Source: a virus (Duplodnaviria; Caudoviricetes). From it: DNA of 60,563 nucleotides. A model generated the notes under the pieces. It ran no database searches. It was not told the origin of the DNA and worked only from the letters and a program-made list of their open reading frames with translations. Positions within the stretch are counted from its first letter, which is position 1, and every line of letters begins with the position of its first letter. This document shows, piece by piece, positions 1 through 9,422 of this stretch. The position numbers and the translations under genes were made by a program. Where the stretch lies: IMG/VR virus record IMGVR_UViG_3300032083_001059, positions 1 to 60,563 of that record; one strand, written 5' to 3'.

Positions 1-420
1 ATGGGACAAATGACAAAGAAAACATTTAAAGAAATTTATTCTCCAAAAGATAGTGAGAAAGATTTAGAAGAATTTAGACTCATCTCTCGTCAACAAAGAA
101 TCAAACAAGCAAGACGCATGAAAAAACTTGCAAAGAGTGCTGCGTTTAAAACAAAAGTTAAAAGGTCTAAACTTAGAGTTGCAGATCCAGCAAAACTTCA
201 AGTTAAAGCAAGAAAAGCCGCAAAGAAAAAAGTAGTTGATAGATTTTATCCAAACTATAATGAATTTTCAATCGCAAGAAGGGCTCAAACTGATCAAATT
301 ATACAGCAAAAATATGGTGGTTTGATTGCAAAACTATCTAAAAGATTACTCATACCCATGAAGAAAAAAGAAATTGAAAAAGTTAAACAAGCTAGGCTTG
401 CTAGACAGGAAAAGAAATGA
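1..420 (+). CDS. basic hypothetical protein, putative head-internal (start at window edge)
   Basis: K/R-rich ORF, N-terminal KTFKEI resembles a capsid-targeting leader; ATGA overlap with next gene. Confidence 0.6.
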   Translation: MGQMTKKTFKEIYSPKDSEKDLEEFRLISRQQRIKQARRMKKLAKSAAFKTKVKRSKLRVADPAKLQVKARKAAKKKVVDRFYPNYNEFSIARRAQTDQIIQQKYGGLIAKLSKRLLIPMKKKEIEKVKQARLARQEKK

Positions 421-2330
421 AAAAATTTAGAGAATTAGTAGAGCAAAAAAACACAATAGTTTTTACTTTTGGTAGATTTAATCCACCAACGACTGGGCAT
501 GAGAAACTTATACAAAAAGTAAAGAGTGTTGCTGGTTCACAACCATTTCGTATCTATCCATCATTTTCACAGAATCAAAAGAAAGACCCACTACCACACG
601 CATTGAAGATTGCGTATATGAGAAAGATGTTTCCACAATATGCAAAAAATATAGTCGCAGATAAAAACTCTAGGACTGCAATTGATATTGCAGTTAAATT
701 ATATGATGAGGGATTTAAAAATTTAACAATGGTGGTAGGCTCTGATAGAGTAAAAGAGTTTGAAAGATTACTTAAAACTTACAATGGTGTTGATGGTAAA
801 AGACATGGGTACTACAAGTTTGACAATATTAATGTTGTAAGTGCTGGAGAAAGAGATCCAGATGCAGAGGGTGTAGAGGGAATGTCTGCATCTAAAATGA
901 GAACAGCTGCATCTGATAGTGATTTTGAATCATTTAAAAAAGGACTTCCATCTAATTTTAAAGATGATAAAAAACTTTATCTTGATGTTCGTAAATACAT
1001 GGGTATTCGTGAGCAAAGAGATATGGGTGAAATGACAGATATGGAATCACTTAGAGATTTATATTTGACTGGACAGATTTGGAACATAGACGATTTAGTA
1101 GAGGCAAATGGTGTTGAGGGCAGAATAATTCGTAGAGGAACAAATTATGTTGCGTTCAATGATAGAGATGGTAAAGTTCACAAAGCTTGGCTACATGAAA
1201 TAACAATAAATGAAATACAAAAAGGATTACGCAGAGTCAAGCAAGATCCAGACATTAAAGGTGATCCAGGCACAGAGCCAGCAAAGTATTATAAAGGTGT
1301 TGCAAAAAGTAAAAAGAAAGATAGAGATGACCATTTTGAAAAAGGTGCAAAAATGGACGATGATAATCCAGCTGCATATACACCAGCACCTGGCGATAAA
1401 GATAAATCTGGTAAATTAAAAAAGACTAAACCATCTAAATATACTCTTAAGTATAAGAAAATGTTTGGTGATGAATATGAAATAAATGAGAAGATTGCTG
1501 GACTTGTAAAGAAAGCAGATAAGTCTGGGGTGTCATATTCAATATTGAAACAAGTTTATAATCGTGGTATGGCTGCATGGAGAACTGGACATAGGCCAGG
1601 CACTACTCCACAGCAATGGGCATTTGCAAGAGTGAACTCATTTTTAACTGGTGGTGGTGCAAGAAAAGCTGATGCAGATTTGTGGACAAAAGCAAAAGCA
1701 AGTAAGAAAAGTAAAAAAGAAGATGTTGAGGTAGCTGCACTATTTAAACCAATTAAAGAAGCACAAGCAGTTGCAAACAATAAAGTTCACAGATTCATTA
1801 AAGGCCATGGCATAACATACAAAGGTAAAAAATATAAAGAGATTGAGTTTGAAAGAATAAAAATTGATAATGGAAGTAAAACAGTTACATTGAGAATGAT
1901 TGCACCTAAAGAACTTTTTGGAAAAGAAGTGCCAGTTAGTTTTAGATTCTTGAGGAGAGGGCCTTTTACAAAATTAGAAGTTCCAAATGCGTTTGAAGAA
2001 AAAACTGAAAAATTAAAAAAATTTAGTGATATGAATGAGTGGGGGCAAATAGTTCAAGAAGCAGAGTATCAAGGACGCAAAGTTAAATTAAATGACCCAT
2101 TTAGATTACCATCTGGTAGCACTAAAAAGTTTGGAGTTTATGTAAAGAATGAAAAAGGTAATATTATAAAGGTTACTTTTGGTGACCCAAATATGGAAAT
2201 AAAAAGAGATGACCCTAATCGTAGAAAAAATTTTCGTGCAAGGCATAATTGTGATAATCCAGGCCCTAAAACAAAAGCAAGATATTGGAGTTGTTTTCAA
2301 TGGCGCTCTGGTGCAAAGGTAGACAACTAA
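417..2330 (+). CDS. cytidyltransferase-like (HxGH nucleotidyltransferase) multidomain protein
   Basis: FTFGRFNPPTTGHEKL, VVGSDR and MSASKMR motifs; several appended C-terminal modules; MKKFRELVE leader. Confidence 0.85.
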   Translation: MKKFRELVEQKNTIVFTFGRFNPPTTGHEKLIQKVKSVAGSQPFRIYPSFSQNQKKDPLPHALKIAYMRKMFPQYAKNIVADKNSRTAIDIAVKLYDEGFKNLTMVVGSDRVKEFERLLKTYNGVDGKRHGYYKFDNINVVSAGERDPDAEGVEGMSASKMRTAASDSDFESFKKGLPSNFKDDKKLYLDVRKYMGIREQRDMGEMTDMESLRDLYLTGQIWNIDDLVEANGVEGRIIRRGTNYVAFNDRDGKVHKAWLHEITINEIQKGLRRVKQDPDIKGDPGTEPAKYYKGVAKSKKKDRDDHFEKGAKMDDDNPAAYTPAPGDKDKSGKLKKTKPSKYTLKYKKMFGDEYEINEKIAGLVKKADKSGVSYSILKQVYNRGMAAWRTGHRPGTTPQQWAFARVNSFLTGGGARKADADLWTKAKASKKSKKEDVEVAALFKPIKEAQAVANNKVHRFIKGHGITYKGKKYKEIEFERIKIDNGSKTVTLRMIAPKELFGKEVPVSFRFLRRGPFTKLEVPNAFEEKTEKLKKFSDMNEWGQIVQEAEYQGRKVKLNDPFRLPSGSTKKFGVYVKNEKGNIIKVTFGDPNMEIKRDDPNRRKNFRARHNCDNPGPKTKARYWSCFQWRSGAKVDN

Positions 2331-2342
2331 AGGAATGAAAAA

Positions 2343-5225
2343 ATGAGATATACTAACATATCTGACTTATACAGACAAGTAAAAGAAAGAACACTTACAC
2401 CTAAAGAACTTGAAGACCGAGAGAAGATTGCAAAAAAATTACCTATGGATGACTTCAAGAAAAGGTATGGTAAAGATGCAATGGCTGTTAAAATGGCAGT
2501 TGCAACTAATATTGCAAAGGGTAAATCAGAAGAAGTTGAGTTAGATGAGTTCAATAAAATGACTGTTACTGTAAATGACCCTAAACAAAGAAAAAAAGTA
2601 TTTGATGACTTAAAGAAACAGAAAAGATTAGATGTTTCTATGGGGCCTGGTAAGACTATCAAAGTGGATGGTAAAGGTAAGGCACTAAATCTTTTTGCAA
2701 AAGACATAATGAATTTTTATGATGCAGAAATCAGAGCAGAAGAAATAGAAGAAGATGCAAAGATGGCTAAACAATCTGATGATAATCTAAAGTCACTAAT
2801 GAAAAAGTTTCGTGACATGGAAAAGAAAGACCCAAAGATGCCTTCTACACAGTTTATGATTAAAAGACTTGGTAAAGAAATGAAAAAGCGTGGACTTAAA
2901 GAAGAACAATTAGATGAATTAAGACAACCATTCGTAGTTATTGATACTGCTAGAAATAATCAAGTTATAAGTACATCATCTGATGAAATGGGTGCAAAGA
3001 GTGCTGTTGCAAGTGCAGAACTTCCACCATTGAATGTTAAAGATAAGAAAACTTTAAAAATTGTTAAAACTCGCAAAAAACAAATGATTGGATATCCTCT
3101 CAAAGAAGAAACTGAACTTGATGAAGAATTAAAAGGTTTTCAAGTTGACTTTGGTAAAGGTATGAAACAAGGTAAAGCAATTTATAAGAATAAAAAAGAT
3201 GCAGAGGAATTTGCAGCTAGAAGAAAAAAGTTGGGTGAATTACCAGTAAAGATTACTCCAACTACTGTTAAAAATGCAAATATGTTTGATGACCCAATGG
3301 GGCCTAAAAGAAAAAGAATACCAGAAGAAACTGAACTTGATGAAAAGTATGACTTATATCACAAGACATTTTCTGGTGCAATGCAACATGCATACGACTA
3401 TGCAAAGAAAAAGATGGGTATAACAGTAGACCCAAAAGAGATTGACAGTAAAGTTGCAACTGGGCCTAAGAAACCATCTGAGGGTAAAACAAACAAATAC
3501 AGACTCAAAGGTAAAGGTGGTAACTTACAAATTCAAGTACACAATAAAGGTGGCTCAAAACCATTTGAGTTGAATATGTATAAAGAAGAATTTATTAATG
3601 AAGATGGACATGCTGATGTTGCATCTGCAATTCGTCAGTGTAAAACAATTACAGAAGATGCAATGCAAATTATGTCTAAACTTCAAGGCATGAATCCAGA
3701 GGAGTCATTACCAACTTGGTGGACAAACAAACTTGCAGTTGCATCAAACAGTATGAACAAAATGAGAGACTATCTCTTAGTTCCGTCTATGAAAGAATCA
3801 CTTGATAAAGAAGATGAACCTACTGTAAAAAAGGTTGTAAAAATGTTAAAGAAAGCAAGTCAAGCTCACGCTGGACAAGCAAAAGATTTAGAAAAAGCAA
3901 TTACTGAGCAACCAGAGCATGAAATCACAGTAGGTAATTATACTACTAAGTTTTTTCACATGTGTGGCTCTGCACAAAAAGTAATGAAGAAACATGCAGA
4001 TAAAGATGGTGCAGAAGAACTTACTCGTATGCAAGATGTATTCTATAAGATGGAAAAAGATATTATGATGAATGATGGTGGTGCAAGTAATAATCAGAAA
4101 AAGAAAGCAGAAATACTTTACGATAAAATTATTGCAAAAGCTAAAGAAGTTGGTATTGCAGACGAAGTTGATAAGTATATGAAATTACATTTAACATCTG
4201 TAACAAAAGGTGAACCAAAATTAGGATTTGGTAGAACTGATAAGCAAGAGCAAGTAAGTGAAGCTCCAAAAAGAGGAGAATATGCTTTAGTTCTTAAATC
4301 TAATGATAAAATTGCAGATGTTGGTAGTTTAAAAGATATGAGAACACAAAGAAGAAAATTAGGACAAAATAAATATGATGTTTACCCATCACAAGGTGGA
4401 ACACCAGGCGATAACCATAATAAAACTTGTCCACCAGTAAACGAGGAAAATGAAATGAATAAAGATTTAATAGATGCAGCTAAAAAAATTATGTTAGGTG
4501 AAAAAAAGACTGTACGACAGTTAGTTGATCCTAAAAAAGAAGTCATGGTTGTCAAGAAAAATAATGTAATAGTAATTGACAAAAAAGACCAAGACAAGTA
4601 TATGAAGATGGGATATCAACTCGCAGAAAAAGAAAAACTTGACCCTGTAAATCCAAAGGCTGTCAAAAAGAAGTTTGACGATAGAAAAGACAAAGACATT
4701 GACAATGATGGAGATGTTGATTCTACAGATAAGTATCTTCACAAAAGAAGAAAAGCAATTTCTAAAGCAGTAGCAAAAGAAGAAGTTGAACTTGATGAAT
4801 CAATGTCTGGAAAAGAGGTTGCAAAAAGAATGATGAAAATTCAACTGATGAAAGGTTTTGCACCTAAAGTCGCAAAGATGAAAACTGTAAATCGTAGTGA
4901 TTTAGAAAAGTTATTACCAGACTTTATTTCTGGTGGTGACATAACTAAAGTTTTACAAAAAGAAAACTATGAGATTGGAAAAGACTATGGTAAACATACT
5001 AGAGATGTAACTCCAGGCCAATCAAATGATGATTTTGAAAAAATGGTGGATGTCATGCAAAAGAAAAATACAAGTATGCGAGAAGCACTTGCAAAAGTTT
5101 GGAACACAACAGAGGGTAAAAATCCTTTTGTAAAAAAAGAAGAAAAACCTATGACTAAAACTATGACAGGTAAAACACCAACTAAAGTTGAAGTTAATCC
5201 AGAGGTAAAAGAAGATAAAAAGTGA
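2343..5225 (+). CDS. 960-aa modular putative head-internal polyprotein
   Basis: Short basic modules separated by EEVELDE/EEQLDE/EETELDE linkers; DIDNDGDVDSTD Ca-binding-like loop. Confidence 0.7.
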   Translation: MRYTNISDLYRQVKERTLTPKELEDREKIAKKLPMDDFKKRYGKDAMAVKMAVATNIAKGKSEEVELDEFNKMTVTVNDPKQRKKVFDDLKKQKRLDVSMGPGKTIKVDGKGKALNLFAKDIMNFYDAEIRAEEIEEDAKMAKQSDDNLKSLMKKFRDMEKKDPKMPSTQFMIKRLGKEMKKRGLKEEQLDELRQPFVVIDTARNNQVISTSSDEMGAKSAVASAELPPLNVKDKKTLKIVKTRKKQMIGYPLKEETELDEELKGFQVDFGKGMKQGKAIYKNKKDAEEFAARRKKLGELPVKITPTTVKNANMFDDPMGPKRKRIPEETELDEKYDLYHKTFSGAMQHAYDYAKKKMGITVDPKEIDSKVATGPKKPSEGKTNKYRLKGKGGNLQIQVHNKGGSKPFELNMYKEEFINEDGHADVASAIRQCKTITEDAMQIMSKLQGMNPEESLPTWWTNKLAVASNSMNKMRDYLLVPSMKESLDKEDEPTVKKVVKMLKKASQAHAGQAKDLEKAITEQPEHEITVGNYTTKFFHMCGSAQKVMKKHADKDGAEELTRMQDVFYKMEKDIMMNDGGASNNQKKKAEILYDKIIAKAKEVGIADEVDKYMKLHLTSVTKGEPKLGFGRTDKQEQVSEAPKRGEYALVLKSNDKIADVGSLKDMRTQRRKLGQNKYDVYPSQGGTPGDNHNKTCPPVNEENEMNKDLIDAAKKIMLGEKKTVRQLVDPKKEVMVVKKNNVIVIDKKDQDKYMKMGYQLAEKEKLDPVNPKAVKKKFDDRKDKDIDNDGDVDSTDKYLHKRRKAISKAVAKEEVELDESMSGKEVAKRMMKIQLMKGFAPKVAKMKTVNRSDLEKLLPDFISGGDITKVLQKENYEIGKDYGKHTRDVTPGQSNDDFEKMVDVMQKKNTSMREALAKVWNTTEGKNPFVKKEEKPMTKTMTGKTPTKVEVNPEVKEDKK
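3104..3344 (+). repeat. 22-bp exact direct repeat AGAAGAAACTGAACTTGATGAA (3104-3125, 3323-3344); variants at 2528, 2900, 4778
   Basis: Read directly; encodes the EETELDE linker. Confidence 0.9.
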
Positions 5226-5737
5226 AATTCATACAGCAATTACTAGAGGTAAATAAAGAAGATTTACCAGAAATTTATTGTGATATGGATCAAGTTTTAT
5301 GTAATTTTATGAAAGGTGCTGATAAAGCAGTTGGAGAACCTTTTATCTATGCAGATAGAGTAGATAGGTGGAAAAAGATTTCAAACACGAAAAATTTTTG
5401 GGCAAACCTAGAGTGGATGCCTGGAGCAAAAAGATTATATATGAGAATTGAAAAATATAATCCTCACATATTATCTGCATACTCAGATCGTGACAATAAT
5501 TCACGAGCTGGAAAAATGAAGTGGCTAAGTAGAAATACTAACTTTAAAAGAGGTAGAATACATTTGGTAAAAAGAGCACAAAAAAAAGATTATGCAACAA
5601 CAGATGGTAAACCAAATGTTTTAATTGATGATTATATAAAGAATATAAAAGAGTGGGAATCTAATGGTGGAATAGGTGTACATCACACAAGTGTTAGTAA
5701 AACAATGGGTGAACTTAACAGATTAGGTTTTAAATAA
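5222..5737 (+). CDS. HAD-family 5'(3')-deoxyribonucleotidase
   Basis: IYCDMDQVL (DxD), ILSA, K and LIDD motifs; GTG start; MKFIQQLLE leader. Confidence 0.85.
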   Translation: MKFIQQLLEVNKEDLPEIYCDMDQVLCNFMKGADKAVGEPFIYADRVDRWKKISNTKNFWANLEWMPGAKRLYMRIEKYNPHILSAYSDRDNNSRAGKMKWLSRNTNFKRGRIHLVKRAQKKDYATTDGKPNVLIDDYIKNIKEWESNGGIGVHHTSVSKTMGELNRLGFK

Positions 5738-5738
5738 T

Positions 5739-5746
5739 TATAAATA
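5739..5746 (+). promoter_or_regulatory. T4-type late promoter TATAAATA
   Basis: Exact consensus upstream of AGGAG and ORF 5772. Confidence 0.85.
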
Positions 5747-5771
5747 GTTTATAAAAAAATAGGAGAAACAG

Positions 5772-6614
5772 ATGCCTTTAGCAAAAAGTTTTAATATCGT
5801 ACTGGAGGAATCCTCGGCTGAAAATGAATATGTTGTTTTAGATGGAACAGATAGCACTGGTGTTGCTGACTCTGGAGATAGAGTCATTGGGCTAGATGCA
5901 AGTCAAAGTGAAGCAAAACCAGAATGGTTAACTGAAGCAGCTGATGGGTCTGGAGATTACGCAAAAGAAAATGTTATCGCATTTGATGGTGGTTGGGGAT
6001 TTCAACCTGGCTCAGCTGCAACTGGTAACGATAACGCAAACGCAGATCCAGAAATTATATCTGCAATAAGAGGACTAAGAAAGTCAATAGATGTTCCTAC
6101 TGCACCACAAATAACAATAGGTAATGCATCAGATAAAACAAAGTATTATCCAGACGGAGATACTTTTAGTGGTGCTGCTTCATCATCTGCTGGTGATATT
6201 GTCGTGTATGTAAGATTTAACGAGCAAGTTGATGTTACAGGAACTCCACAATTGCAGTTGAAACAAGCAACTGCATTAGGTTCTAACTTTGGAACTATAA
6301 TGGATTTCAATACAACATACTCAGACTTATCAAATGGTATTGTTGCATTTGCATTAGCTGCTGGAACAGATACCAGAACAACAAATGTCACAAATAATAC
6401 TTTAGGTGTTAATTCAGATGATACTATCGGTTTAAACAGTGGCACAATTAGTAAAGTTGCTGGTGATAGAGTATTAGATGAAGAAGGTAATCCATTAAGA
6501 TTAGATTCTACTGCTGCTAATACGGACACAAATGGATTGTTAAGACTAGAAGGAATTATGGCTGCAGATTTAACAATGACTGCTGATGCAGACGCAAAGT
6601 TCACTGTATCTTAA
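5772..6614 (+). CDS. putative virion structural protein
   Basis: Acidic, G/A/T/D-rich, beta-rich (VRFNEQVDVTGTPQLQL); late promoter. Confidence 0.6.
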   Translation: MPLAKSFNIVLEESSAENEYVVLDGTDSTGVADSGDRVIGLDASQSEAKPEWLTEAADGSGDYAKENVIAFDGGWGFQPGSAATGNDNANADPEIISAIRGLRKSIDVPTAPQITIGNASDKTKYYPDGDTFSGAASSSAGDIVVYVRFNEQVDVTGTPQLQLKQATALGSNFGTIMDFNTTYSDLSNGIVAFALAAGTDTRTTNVTNNTLGVNSDDTIGLNSGTISKVAGDRVLDEEGNPLRLDSTAANTDTNGLLRLEGIMAADLTMTADADAKFTVS

Positions 6615-6618
6615 CTCG

Positions 6619-6626
6619 TATAAATA
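6619..6626 (+). promoter_or_regulatory. T4-type late promoter TATAAATA
   Basis: Exact consensus, intergenic. Confidence 0.85.
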
Positions 6627-6658
6627 GTTTTATAATTTTTTGAATTGAGAGGTTTTTT

Positions 6659-6868
6659 GTGATTACTGAAGAATTAATTAAAGAAAGAATTTCTGTAATA
6701 GAATCAGATATTGAAAAGGTACAAAAAGAGATATCTGATGCAGAAAAAAAGAGAACTGAGTCTATTGGTTTGTTAAATGCACTTACTGGTGCAAAGCAAC
6801 AATGTCTTAGTTTTTTAAAAGAATTTAGTAATGATGACCAGCCATCTGGTCAAAGTGATGTAGGATAA
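6659..6868 (+). CDS. small coiled-coil hypothetical protein
   Basis: GAGG RBS, GTG start, heptad pattern. Confidence 0.65.
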   Translation: MITEELIKERISVIESDIEKVQKEISDAEKKRTESIGLLNALTGAKQQCLSFLKEFSNDDQPSGQSDVG

Positions 6869-6933
6869 TTACCTACAGTAAAATTCCCTAACACAATTAA
6901 GTGGGTGGGTTAATATTATTAAGGAGAAGCCAA

Positions 6934-7401
6934 ATGGCTGATAAGAAAATTACGGCGTTAACCGACTTAAGTACAGGTATTGCATCTGGTGACTTATTTC
7001 ATGTTGTTGATGATCCAACAGGAACACCAATCAACAAAAAAATGAGTGTTGCTGACTTCTTGGGAAATCTTCCTACAGGAGCTCCAGTAGGTTTCAGTAC
7101 AGAAGATGTTGATACAGCTGCTACTTTATCAAACAATGCTACAGTATCGTTTGTTACTGGTGCTGCAACAATTCTTGGTGACGGAACATTAGCTGGACAG
7201 TTAAAAATCATCATTTGTGATGGTGTTGCTACACTTGCTGATGTGGACTACACTGATTCCAATGGTGCTGTTGCAACTACAACATTTGAAGCTGTTGGTG
7301 AGTCTGTTAGTTGTATCTGGAGTGGTACTGCTTGGACTCTAATTGCATATGGTACTGGTGCTGCTACTGCTAACTTAGTTGGTACACAGGACAACACATA
7401 A
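6934..7401 (+). CDS. putative virion/tail-associated structural protein
   Basis: AAGGAG RBS; MADKKITALTDL N-terminus typical of phage fibre-associated proteins; T/A/G-rich. Confidence 0.65.
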   Translation: MADKKITALTDLSTGIASGDLFHVVDDPTGTPINKKMSVADFLGNLPTGAPVGFSTEDVDTAATLSNNATVSFVTGAATILGDGTLAGQLKIIICDGVATLADVDYTDSNGAVATTTFEAVGESVSCIWSGTAWTLIAYGTGAATANLVGTQDNT

Positions 7402-7422
7402 TATTTTTATGTGTTTTTGTTT

Positions 7423-7451
7423 GGGTGGGGGGATTTTCCCCCCATTCTTTT
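7423..7451 (+). terminator. GC hairpin TGGGGGGA-TTT-TCCCCCCA with short T tract
   Basis: Inverted repeat 7426-7444 after stop codon. Confidence 0.6.
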
Positions 7452-7467
7452 ACATAGGAATGGGAAA

Positions 7468-7926
7468 ATGAAATCATTTAAAAAGTATATCAAAGAAGAA
7501 AATAGAGGACTCAGTAGAATGGGTGGTGTTGGAGTTGGAACGACACATTCTCAAGCAGTTGATATGAATATCAATCCAGCTGCGATTTCAAATCCAAATG
7601 TTATTAGAAGATTAAACGCATATGTTGGTGCAATTGCAAACATGGAGTATATGTTACCAGAGCATGCACTAAACAAATTAAAAGAAAAATTAGGTAGACT
7701 TGGTTTTTCTTTTGGACAGATTCCAGAGATGACAGAAAAAAGTGGTTCATTTGATTTACCATTATCCTTGTTTGGTGGAAGATATGGAAAAGATTTAGAT
7801 ACACCAGCCGATGAAATTATAAATGACGATGGTATATCAAACAAAATTGAGGGTGGTTTAGCACTAAAAATACAGTATGAAATGACAAGTAATAATAGCT
7901 GTAAGGTGTTTGCCAAAGTAGAATAA
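7468..7926 (+). CDS. T4-like hypothetical protein with CTS-like leader
   Basis: ATG at 7468 gives MKSFKKYIKEE. Confidence 0.7.
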   Translation: MKSFKKYIKEENRGLSRMGGVGVGTTHSQAVDMNINPAAISNPNVIRRLNAYVGAIANMEYMLPEHALNKLKEKLGRLGFSFGQIPEMTEKSGSFDLPLSLFGGRYGKDLDTPADEIINDDGISNKIEGGLALKIQYEMTSNNSCKVFAKVE

Positions 7927-8288
7927 TGTACGAAAAAATCACTCCTGAGAATGTTGTGATGTATGCAATTAAACATTATGACAATCCACAGTGTGAGGGT
8001 GAGAAAGAGTTTCAAGATGACATGAAACGATTTAAGTATATTAAAAGACTACTTAGAAAATATCACGACACTAAAATATTAAAAGAAAGACTTATATTAA
8101 ATCACTTAACAGTATTACATAATGTTTTTGGTTCTACTGCTTGCACTACATTATTAATTTTTAAAATTCAAGAAGAATACTGGCCTACACTTAAATCATT
8201 TCTAATTTTCCTAAATAGTATTACAGAAGAAGAACTATCTCATGTTAAAAAAGATGAGTATGTTTTTAAAAAATTAGAGGAACTTTAA
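7926..8288 (+). CDS. conserved T4-like hypothetical protein
   Basis: YAIKHYDNPQC...KRFKYIKRLL resembles a family common in marine T4-like phages. Confidence 0.75.
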   Translation: MYEKITPENVVMYAIKHYDNPQCEGEKEFQDDMKRFKYIKRLLRKYHDTKILKERLILNHLTVLHNVFGSTACTTLLIFKIQEEYWPTLKSFLIFLNSITEEELSHVKKDEYVFKKLEEL

Positions 8289-8902
8289 TGGGAAGAGCGA
8301 TAGATTTATTTGTTACATACAGATTTATCAAATTACTTACAACACCATTTCAAAAAACTGATGCATTTAAACTTGGCATCATAGATGAAAATGGTAATCG
8401 TATTCGTCAACCCAATTCTACAAAACCAGCTGTTGAGCTTGCTACAACAGAACAAAAAAACGCATACACAATACTTCACAAATTAGTTTTCAATATCAAA
8501 AAATTATTTGCAAAAGTGCCAGGCTTAAGAACTAAAGTTGGAACTTATGCAGCTGCACTATTTTTACTCAAAGATACATTCAAGGAGCATGTTGAAGATC
8601 CAGATATGTTTGAAAAAGAATTTATGAAATACTTAAAAGAAAATGATGTAGAATTAGATAACTCTATATCAGAAGAAGTTATAGGATTTGGTGAGATATT
8701 ACCAAAAGGTGAGTATGTTCTAATTAATGATATTCTAAATAAAGAAGAAGAAGAATTAACTGCAAAAAAAGGTGATAAAGTTATTGCATTTGATGATGAA
8801 TCACCAATTGATACAGTTTTGGGTGTTGAGATATTTCCAGTAGTGCATGATAAAACCCAAGAAAAAATTTATGTAAGTTTAGAGGATATTAAAAATGGGT
8901 AA
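8288..8902 (+). CDS. conserved T4-like hypothetical protein
   Basis: YRFIKLLTTPF...AFKLGIIDENG; translational coupling. Confidence 0.75.
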   Translation: MGRAIDLFVTYRFIKLLTTPFQKTDAFKLGIIDENGNRIRQPNSTKPAVELATTEQKNAYTILHKLVFNIKKLFAKVPGLRTKVGTYAAALFLLKDTFKEHVEDPDMFEKEFMKYLKENDVELDNSISEEVIGFGEILPKGEYVLINDILNKEEEELTAKKGDKVIAFDDESPIDTVLGVEIFPVVHDKTQEKIYVSLEDIKNG

Positions 8903-9416
8903 GAAATGGACAGAGGTTGATGTTTACACAGGCCTAGTTAAAAAAGAAGATGCACCAACAAACGCAACTGGTGTTAATGTTGCTGGAACTGGTGATGACT
9001 CATCAGTAGTTGTTGTAAAAAAGAAAAAGAAAAAAACATTGATTGATGCACGATCAAAAAAATACAAAGAGCATCGTAGAAAACTAGAGCAAGCAAGACA
9101 GAGAAGGCTTGCAAGGCAAGAGCAAAGTAATCTTGTAAAAAAAGTTAAAGAAAATATTGGTGAATTTAATCGTGAACAATATCTTGAAGAAGATAATGTT
9201 GCAAATTTAAGAGATATCGTTAAAAGAAAATCTGCAAAAAGTTTAAAATTTAAAGATGGCTCTATGAAAGTAGATTTGTTTACTGCGAGTGCAATAGTTC
9301 AAATTTTAGATAAAGTAAAGCCAGAAACTAAAAATAAAATGATAAGTATAATTAACAATGGCACAAAGTCACAGATTATGAAACTTCAGCAAGTGGCAAT
9401 GAAAGCAATTAAGTAG
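8895..9416 (+). CDS. putative head-associated hypothetical protein
   Basis: EDAPTNATG, poly-K, DARSKKYKE; YLEE linker then second module. Confidence 0.6.
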   Translation: MGKKWTEVDVYTGLVKKEDAPTNATGVNVAGTGDDSSVVVVKKKKKKTLIDARSKKYKEHRRKLEQARQRRLARQEQSNLVKKVKENIGEFNREQYLEEDNVANLRDIVKRKSAKSLKFKDGSMKVDLFTASAIVQILDKVKPETKNKMISIINNGTKSQIMKLQQVAMKAIK

Positions 9417-9422
9417 AAATGT

